From Chlorokybus atmophyticus (Eukaryota; Plantae; Mesostigma and Chlorokybus algae), in assembly GCA_009103225.1 (NCBI GenBank), contig RHPI01003508.1, positions 225,683-289,682 of the forward strand: a stretch of 64,000 bases of DNA, given 5' to 3'. The position numbers were made by a program, and so were the translations under genes. How positions within the stretch are numbered: position 1 is the first letter of the stretch; the number at the start of each line of letters is the position of its first letter. Of the stretch, positions 54,897 through 64,000 are shown in pieces. The notes beneath the pieces are model-generated. The model was not told where the DNA came from and made no database searches. It saw only the letters and a list, made by a program, of their open reading frames with translations.

Positions 54897-56365
54897 CTCG
54901 CTAGACCTATGTGTAGGCCGCTGCGATCTCCTCCGGTAGCGGCCTGGCCCGTACGGCTAAAGATGTTAGGCGACCTACCTCTCTCCTTGTTCCAGCCTTC
55001 TGGGGCCACCTCCGGGGGCCCCTTGCCCACAGCTAAATGCTTGTCTTTTCTCACTGTCAATACATTCGCAAGTACTCTCACCCCTTCTATGGAGGGGCGC
55101 GATATTGTGAATGTGCTTATTGCGGCGTCAGCATATGCACCGTGGCATCAATGCCTTTGCACTTGTGCTCTTGTTTTCTCTCTTTCCCGTTTCCACCATC
55201 CCTAATATGCGCATTGGCTTAGCTTTATGCCAATGGCGTAGGCGCTGCTGGTAGTGTTGTTCTAGCTTCTGAGCACCCTCCTTCTGCTGGAGAAGTTCGT
55301 TGCATCTTCTCCACTGCAGCATGTGTGACACTTCTTTTCGTCGCAAATTTTACACGGTGAGTGACGAGAGACTGAGGAACTATTTGATGCCTGACCCTAT
55401 CTGACACTAACGGACCAAACGACTTGGGCCACAAAGGGACTGAATAAACTGCCGGTGCGCATTGTGGACAATAACTAATTGCCGACCGCCGATCGTACAG
55501 TACAGTGGACTATTGCCTACCGGTGATTACGTGACATCAACATATTTTGACGGCCGACCGCCGGTCTTACGGCTTCCGTAATGGCGACCTACATGTAATG
55601 GCAATTAAGTGTATATTCAAGCCCCTAATGGCGGTGGTGGATACCGGTGAGTCGGAGTTGACCCGCGGCCGGCCGTCGGCCGTACATAAGCCGCCGCGGT
55701 GATCAACCTACATTGGCAAGCAAGTGACCATTCAATCTCAACTAAGTCTCTCAAGAGGGACGAGCGATGGCGGCGAGTACCTGTCAGTCCGGTTAGTTAT
55801 ACTCGGCACACTTAATAGAACAATAGTACCATTGCGATGGTACAACAGTCCCATCAAAGTACCCTATACGGCACTCATCATTCAATGGTACAACGGTGCT
55901 GTCGTACCATTTTAGCGGTACGACTGTACTATTGAACTTGAAGACGTTGAGCGTTTAAAATGCATCAGCGTTTTAAACGCTGAACGGCTTCATTTACAAT
56001 GACAGTTGTGCGGCGGCGGCGGCGGCGGCGGCACGGTTGGTGAGTTTGTGTAAATGTGTGTACGCGGGGTGGTTGAGTTGCATGTGCATGATGGCGTTAT
56101 GTTAAGTGCAACAGCGCAACCCGCCCTTCTTGCAGGCCAGGACAGGCGGCGGCGGCGGCGGCGGCATGGTAGGTGAGTTTCTTTGTATGCGTGTGTATGC
56201 TGCCGTTGTGTTTACGCCCTTCTTGGCGACCAGGCCAAGCGGAGGAGGAGCGGCGAGGGCGGCGGAGGAGCGGCGGTGCAGGCGCGGAGGAGTGGAGAGT
56301 GGAGGAGCAGCGGCTGAGTATAAGGGTAGAGTATATAAAGTAGTAATAGTAGTAGCTCAATGTTA

Positions 56366-56401
<36 letters not shown>

Positions 56402-56949
56402 CTCAATGTAGCTTACATTGTAGCGTAGCAACATGTTACAATGTTATTGTTATTATATTATATTATATTATATATTTGTGAATCAGTCAAGTTATTATAT
56501 TATATTATATATTTGTGACTTGCCGTCTCTCACAGTTGACGACAATCACATGCAGTACCTGCTCGTGACTAAATGGTACCGATAGGTATTGGGGACAGTG
56601 ACGTCAGGTACCTTGAAGGTATCATAAGGTACTCCAAAGGTACCTGATAGTTGGGTACCTCCAAGGTACAGTCGCCGGTACCTTACTGTTGGGTACCGGT
56701 TAGTTAGGTCAAGTCCCCTTTGCTTGACTAATGGGTATTTAACAGGTACCCGTCAATCTAGGTCAGTCCCATTATTAAAACGGCCGCCGACTGATGGTGA
56801 CGGCTGTTATACTCAGGTCTCTGTATCGAGATTACATGTGGACTGAGGTACGACAGTCTAAATGAGTATCCTCAGGTGCACGGCTGTTGCAAATATTTCA
56901 TCGGCCGGCAGGGGAAACAATTTGCAAAGTTATAGCGTGCAAAGAAGCA

Positions 56950-58500
56950 CTTGCTCCGTCCCTGCTACGGACGCGAAGTGACGGCGATGCGATGGGAAGA
57001 AGCTGCAGCATTCCGCTATTGGATATCTTCTCTCGGCATGCGACCAGGACTTCTCCCTTTCGTCCGCGGAGGGGTTCGGAAGTATGGCGTGTTGGGTTCT
57101 GCAATTTCTTCTCCGTCCTCCTCTTCCTCTCCTCCTTTGGACACCTCCACCTCTCGGTTTCGCTTTCTCGCCTTCCCCGCGATGCAGCTTTCGAGCAAGC
57201 TCTCTCTTCGTGTCAAGCAACAAGGTTCGTGGCTTACATACACGGTGGATGTGGTTACCCCATCAACTTCAGCCACATGCCACTTGTGCAAAAAGCTCGG
57301 CCACACACGAGCAAGCTGCCTTATGCAATACCAACCGCAATAACAGGTCCCTCTCGCTGATGCCAGCTCCGCTTTCGTCTGTAGGCCTCGCTGGTCAGCA
57401 ATCTGCGTCTCCTCACGTTGCTGATCCGGGGGCTCTGGCCTCAGCAACTATTGTTTCAATGAGTAGCTCGGCTGGCGGCCTGCCACCTCCCTTAGCCTCG
57501 GCTAAAGATTGGCAGCTGGTTAGCAAGCCAAAACAATCCGCCTCTTTGCCTGCTTTAGCGATAGCTGCGACTGTTGCGGTGACCTCCGTTTCAGTTTCTG
57601 CCCCTCCTCCGCCGCAGCCAGCTGCTCCCATACAGTTGGTGCAGCCCTCACTGTCCAATTGGCTTCTTCAGCAGCCTGACCCCCTCACTTTTCCCAAGCC
57701 GTGGTGCAAGGAGGAAGAGGTGGATGAGGAGAAGGTTGTGCAGACGGCACCAGGTGATGTCATCATACTATCGTAGGAACCAGCTTCTGCTGCTTATCAC
57801 CCTACTCATGCATTGCGCAAGCTGCTGGAGGCGGAAGGTCTAAAGGTGGGCGACAAACCCTTTGACACCGTGTTTCTGGTCTCTTGATTGGAAACGGCTT
57901 ACAGCAACACCTCTCGACAGCTTAGCTCCTACTGTCTAACATTGGGCAAGCTTCTGGGATGAAGGTAACGCGTGTTCACCCTCGTTTACTCCTTCGTCTT
58001 CTTTGTCTACGTGGCTTCGTTCTCACTTACGAAAGAGCTTGCACTCGCTGGGCTACCCCCTCAACACGGTGACTGAAGAGCGAGACATGATTGCAGCGAT
58101 GTTCAACATCCTCATCACCCGCGTAGGCGGACGGCGCAAGCATCGGCTCTACTTGCTGCCCACAATCTTGGACATCTCATCCACACTTGTCCCTGTGCCC
58201 GGATTTACTCAGCGTTGGGATATGCTGACTGCGTGGACGGCGTATGTGACAGAGCGAGCAGCCGGCCGCACGAGCACTCTGGGACTGCTCATCTCGAAAG
58301 CCCTGCAGGCGTCGCGCGCTCCCGCTGCTACGCAACTCTCTCCCCCGGAGCAGCCAATGACGGCGCCATCTGCATCCCGCTCTGCAGTGGTAACGTCTCT
58401 TTGTTGTGAAATCGGCTGCGTAGGACTTGCTCTCCCCCCTGGCAGCCCTTCTCCCTCAGCTCGCCCCCCCCCGCTGCCATATTTGCGTCACCAATGAAGG
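56950..58500 (+). mobile_element. Decayed retroelement gag/ORF1-like sequence
   Basis: CCHC knuckle CHLCKKLGHTRASC (~57277-57320) followed by Pro/Ala/Ser-rich frames with stops and frameshifts. No RT visible. Confidence 0.5.
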
Positions 58501-60630
58501 CCAGGCCAGCGTCAGCGGTGTTATCGATCATGGTAGTGTTACACTACCAAGATGGCGAGTGGTGGCTGGGGATAGGCAGGTGTGGCGATGACTCGCCTTT
58601 TCTTTTCGCTCTCGCTACCTCAGCAGCACACACATCACAATTTTGCTAGGCGTTGAGGCACAATTTGCAGCTTTGATATTGTCAGCTGTTCTTGGACACC
58701 TCTCTACAGCTGTGTTGCTGGTCATGTCAATAAAATAGTTGTCAACCATTGTTTGCCAGCATACACAACACAGCGGTGCTACAGTCAGCTGCCTTTGACT
58801 CAACTGTAGTACAGTTTGGCAGCTTTTATGGCTGGCCAACTGTACTACACCTAGAGTGGCAGCTACCAGTAGCACCGCTGCTACGCAATAGCGGCCACAT
58901 CACAACTGCTGTTGGAATGAAGATTTGTGCATGCGAGACAGATTTGATGGGTGCGATACACACTGCGACTAAAACGGTAGCCGTACTGCGTTCAACGCAG
59001 TTGCACGCGCAAATTGCAGTGCAACGCTGCAGCGGGTTTATAACGAGGGGATTTCGCGGTTAACCGGGCACAGGCAAGCTACCCTCGTGTGCTGCTGCTA
59101 CCTTGGTGTCAAGGGCATGCTGGTGTTTGAAAAAACATGCAGCATGCCTGTCCGACGGTGACTAAGGCGGTCGGACACTAAGGCGCCGCCTCGGCGTACA
59201 TAAGCAGTATAGCTTAGTTTCAAGTACATAGGACGGAGACTAATGTGCACACAGTATAGCAGCCACTTACAACACCAATCAGCGGCAACAGTGTCTCAGC
59301 CCCAAGCATGCACACCCACAGGCATGCAGACACTACAAACCACCACCACGCTTGCAAGAGGCTGCTGAGAAACATGCCACGCTACGCTTAACCCAACAAG
59401 CCCAGTTATTGCAAGCAACGCCTCAACCTGTCCATGATATGTCCATGAGATGAAGACTGCTCCTCACCCAGCTGTGGCATGCTCACCGCAGCGGCACGTT
59501 GTCCACCCCGACTGCCCACGCTTGCTTGCTTCTGAGGCATGGCATGGCATGGTGCGGCCCAAGCTCGTGCGGAACAGACAAAAGCGACACACTAGCCAGC
59601 GACAAGTTACTAAGTTAGTGACTCATACCAACGCCACACGCACTGACGGCTTGCACAAACGCCGCAGCGCAGCGCTTTGTTGTCGCCTGATTATCAGTTT
59701 GGAGTTGTTAATCGTATTCCTATTTGGGACACATTCTACGTGCCCAATCAAGCAGCGCAGCAAACATAACGGCTGTAATCATTGCCCAACCGACAATCAT
59801 GATGCGATACACAGCCGTTTAAGGGACTTACGCCGCCATTGTATCATACAATTTGTATGTGGGACTTACAGCCATAATAGCGGGTTTGTTCCTCTGTTAT
59901 AAGAATAATGTTGCACTTGCAATATATCATTCCATCAATGGGTTTGTTCTCTTCGTGCTTATCGTCCACAAGTTTTCGTGCAATAAGAGAGGGTTTTACG
60001 TGTTGGTATGAAGCTTGCTAAAATGCCTATTAGAAGAAACATAAAACATTGCACTTTTAATTGTAAATTTATTTGACTTTTTTAGCTACTAACTCTTGGC
60101 CACAAAAGCGCTCCATTATCTTATTGTGTGTGACGTCAGCGGCTTGATTCTCAAGCATTAAATTTATGGATGAAGATAACCTGTACCTACGAGAAAGTGT
60201 ACCTTCATTGACATAAGACACTACTGATATCGAACATTTATATAACACGTGTTCTTGCAACCACACAGGTGGCAAGCATGACATCATTACTTGTACAATA
60301 TTGCATTGTAGCTACTACTAGTACTAGGATTACTGCTGAGAAGTGCTCTCCGCAGATAGCACGCGACCACATCATCATGCCTTTTATTTATTTATTGGCC
60401 ACGTTCATCATGATGATGGTAGCTGTGACGTTGAGGGCAAACCGCAGCACCTCGACAACCCTCCCCCACCCCTCTCTGCTGCCCAGACGCATACACATGC
60501 ATACGTGTGCACCCAGCTACCCACATATCCACATGACCCACGCGCCCACGCCTGCGCCTGTGCCAACGCCCCAATACGCGCACCTAGACCCAATACACGC
60601 ACGCACAACGGCTCGAGCACGCCCATCCCC

Positions 60631-61308
60631 NNNNNNNNNNNNNNNNNNNNNNNNNNNNNNNNNNNNNNNNNNNNNNNNNNNNNNNNNNNNNNNNNNNNNN
60701 NNNNNNNNNNNNNNNNNNNNNNNNNNNNNNNNNNNNNNNNNNNNNNNNNNNNNNNNNNNNNNNNNNNNNNNNNNNNNNNNNNNNNNNNNNNNNNNNNNNN
60801 NNNNNNNNNNNNNNNNNNNNNNNNNNNNNNNNNNNNNNNNNNNNNNNNNNNNNNNNNNNNNNNNNNNNNNNNNNNNNNNNNNNNNNNNNNNNNNNNNNNN
60901 NNNNNNNNNNNNNNNNNNNNNNNNNNNNNNNNNNNNNNNNNNNNNNNNNNNNNNNNNNNNNNNNNNNNNNNNNNNNNNNNNNNNNNNNNNNNNNNNNNNN
61001 NNNNNNNNNNNNNNNNNNNNNNNNNNNNNNNNNNNNNNNNNNNNNNNNNNNNNNNNNNNNNNNNNNNNNNNNNNNNNNNNNNNNNNNNNNNNNNNNNNNN
61101 NNNNNNNNNNNNNNNNNNNNNNNNNNNNNNNNNNNNNNNNNNNNNNNNNNNNNNNNNNNNNNNNNNNNNNNNNNNNNNNNNNNNNNNNNNNNNNNNNNNN
61201 NNNNNNNNNNNNNNNNNNNNNNNNNNNNNNNNNNNNNNNNNNNNNNNNNNNNNNNNNNNNNNNNNNNNNNNNNNNNNNNNNNNNNNNNNNNNNNNNNNNN
61301 NNNNNNNN
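60631..61308. other. Assembly gap (N run); smaller gaps at ~28877-28952 and ~62489-62557, all flanked by poly-C
   Basis: Direct reading of the sequence. Confidence 0.98.
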
Positions 61309-62849
61309 CCCCCACCCCCCGGCCGCGCCCACGCTTTTCTACACAGCTGCATACTTGCGCATGCGCATGCCCCCGCGCTCCTCCCTGGCATACACACACA
61401 GCCACACCGACAGACACGCACGCATCCCCCAATGTGATGCGTCTCTTTGGTACAGCCAGTATGTTCCTGCATGCGTGCGGGCATGGTGCGGCAAGAATAC
61501 ATGAACATTGCCGTTCCCTGCGGATCCCGGGATTACCTCACCGTGCAGGTGAGCGGTGGTGCGGTGGTGGCGAGCCATGCAATCCCTGTAGATTGCGCGT
61601 ATGCGCGGTGCGTGCGCGTGCACCAGATGCTGTGCACTCACCCCAGATGCCCAGGTGCGACCAGACACACAGTTGGCATGTACGCGTCCGTGCCACCCAC
61701 TGCAGCATGCGTGTCATAAGCAATAGTAAGGTGAGAACAGGTAGCCTGCACCGTCGCACCGTGCACAAGGCAGAACCAACAACAACGGCTGAGACCTCAG
61801 TCCCACTGATACAGTGACAGTATATCGTGGTTGATCACACTGACTCCAGATGCACGCATGCACACGCACCAGCAGTTGGAGCGAAACAATAGCAGGACGG
61901 CCATCAGCTTGCAGTCTGATGACGCAACGGCCTGGTAGCAGCTGCTCTTGCCTTCGCACTGTGTGCTATTGGCGCACGCTAAGCTGCGCCTCTCGTACGT
62001 GATGTTGCCTTTGGAACGGTTGCATTCGTCCATTGTAGGTCAACATGGCCATGGCGAGCTCAGGGTTTGTACCTCGCAGCACGCTTGCATGCATCCGCCT
62101 TGAGATGACAAAGCCGTGGCGGCAATGCCGTGTTGCAGTCGGCTGGGCCTCTTGTCTGCATGTGAGAGCGCCGCTCTTGGAGCTCAAAGCTCTTTACCCC
62201 TGCATGGATGTTGCACAAAACAATGCCATGATGAGAATGGAGGCCTCTCACCAGATGCTGTGGTACTAGTCGTAACACTGACTTATACTGCTGCTTGTAC
62301 CGTCCATCACTACTAGTAGTAACACTGGTAGTAGCGGTACTACTGTTACGACGAATAGTCCTGATCCTAGCAGTACTAGTTCTAGTATTACTAGCACTAC
62401 AACGAGCCAGCGGACGTGCCGTGTGTTCCCCGCACTTGCGGAAGAGCTTTACAAGTGCAACTGCGCTTGCACACATATAACTCCCCCCNNNNNNNNNNNN
62501 NNNNNNNNNNNNNNNNNNNNNNNNNNNNNNNNNNNNNNNNNNNNNNNNNNNNNNNNNCCCCCCCCCCCCCCCCCCCCCCATCCCCTCTTTCCCCCCAACC
62601 GAACCCACACACACACACATCCTCTCTCTTTCTCTCAAACTCTCTGTCTTGATGTGTGCGTTCGTGCGCGCGTGGCAACTGCAGCGCTACGGCTACTAGC
62701 ACTTCTCACAGATCTACTGCTAGTAGTAGCACCTGCACGCTTGCGAAGTGGCCAAGGCGAGCTGGTCCTCCAGGATTACGGCTGGATGGTGTCACAGAAT
62801 CGTTGCGCAACAGACGCCCCAGCGACTCCTCCATGCCAAGTGACCAGGA

Positions 62850-64000
62850 GCGCTTCTCATAAAGTTTGTGGGAAGACTTACTGCAGATGCGAACGATAGC
62901 AGAAAGGAACTGGCAGCCTGCATTTGGACGCTCTTTGCGTATGATGCGACTCGAGTCGACAAGCACCATGCAGCATTGCTGTATGGTAGCCAGGCACACT
63001 GTAGCACAAAGTAACGTAGCAGTATATTGGCAGTGTGCTGGGTTTTCTGCAAATGCAAAGCGCAGAAGCTTGTCACCTCACGTGATGCGTATTGGCCTTG
63101 CTGAACGCTCTGTCTGCGCCACTATCTGTCGCAAAGGCAATGGGTTTGGGGCGAACTACAAGTGCACGTGGCAGGGCCGCAAGAAGTGCATCAATACCAC
63201 ATCAGGAAGCTATCCAGTGGTGGTGTCTGCCACCCCTATCACTATGCAGTTGTTGAGTTCAGCGCCAGCCAGCAGCGTAAGCATTGACAAGGCTACACAA
63301 GGCTTCAAGCTATCAAAGTGATGTGGGCTCCTTGATGCATGGCGTGCATGCCATACCACAAGCACTTCAGTCAATCTGCCACAGCGGCACGCAAGACAGT
63401 TGGTACTTTGTCATCGCACACACGGAGTCATGCACGCAAGCACGGACTTACAGTATGCAGCGCATGCACGTGCGTACAAATACACACGCACGTGCGCGCA
63501 TGTACACGCGCACGCGTCCCACTAAGCATGCACATGCACGCGCACTGACAATAATGTGTGCTTGGCAATGATGCCTGGATGTGTTGCCAAAGAATCTTAC
63601 ATAATCTTCATCAATGGTGAGGTGGATGCCTTGTCCGTCGGACACGCCGATGACAACGCTATCGCCATCATAGGCAGACTGGACCCACCGCAGCTCATCA
63701 TCATCATTCAGTTGCGAAGCCACCAGACCCGAAGAGCGGATATCCTGCGACTGCGAGGCGCTTGATGAATCAGCTACAGACACCCCTATACAACGCATAC
63801 TGATATATGCATGCAGCGCACGCATGCACGCATTAACAAAAACGTACGAGCTCATAGCCATACCAACTTACAATACACAGCTAATCCAAGCCAGAAACAA
63901 CATGTCAATCTGCCTGGAGAAAACAGGTATACCAGAAGACGCGCACGAGGTCTTGAAGTCTGATGGCCATACAGGAAGTACACATAGCCCTTGTGTCTGC
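62850..64000 (-). pseudogene. gyrA: Degenerate DNA gyrase A C-terminal (beta-pinwheel) exons; the gene continues beyond the window
   Basis: IRSSGLVASQLNDDDELRWV…DSVVIGVSDGQGIH resembles cyanobacterial/plant GyrA CTD repeats. Neighbouring exons (KGYVYFL, …GDKLL, MVLVDSSRIIR) are weaker matches and carry stops or a frameshift. Confidence 0.55.

Noticed and set aside
60269-61508. Long ORFs of 270-411 aa
   Set aside because: They are artefacts of translation through the N gap.

Overview
Eukaryotic, intron-rich DNA (short GT-AG introns, many microsatellites, three N gaps). It is probably from a green-lineage alga; this is an inference from a plastid-type FtsH, a cyanobacterial/plant-like GyrA remnant and a plant-type PP2C-kinase fusion. 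Recognisable host genes are: a MACPF/perforin-like protein (-), a secreted beta-propeller-like protein (+), RPN13 (-), a PP2C-kinase-C2H2 fusion (+), an FtsH with a broken zinc motif (-), EndoU (+), a secreted 11S-like bicupin (-) and a degenerate gyrA C-terminus (-). Between them lie decayed mobile elements: a Helitron helicase with its 3' end, a full-length PIF/Harbinger element with TIRs, a Ty3/gypsy remnant carrying a 520-bp TRIM-like mini-LTR insertion, a hAT-like non-autonomous element and several hairpin-rich unclassified relics. A ~2-kb segmental duplication has pushed a convergent gene pair apart. Repeats show heavy C-to-T decay at CG and CHG sites. All calls come from manual reading and motif recall; no database searches were run. 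Exon boundaries are approximate unless stated.
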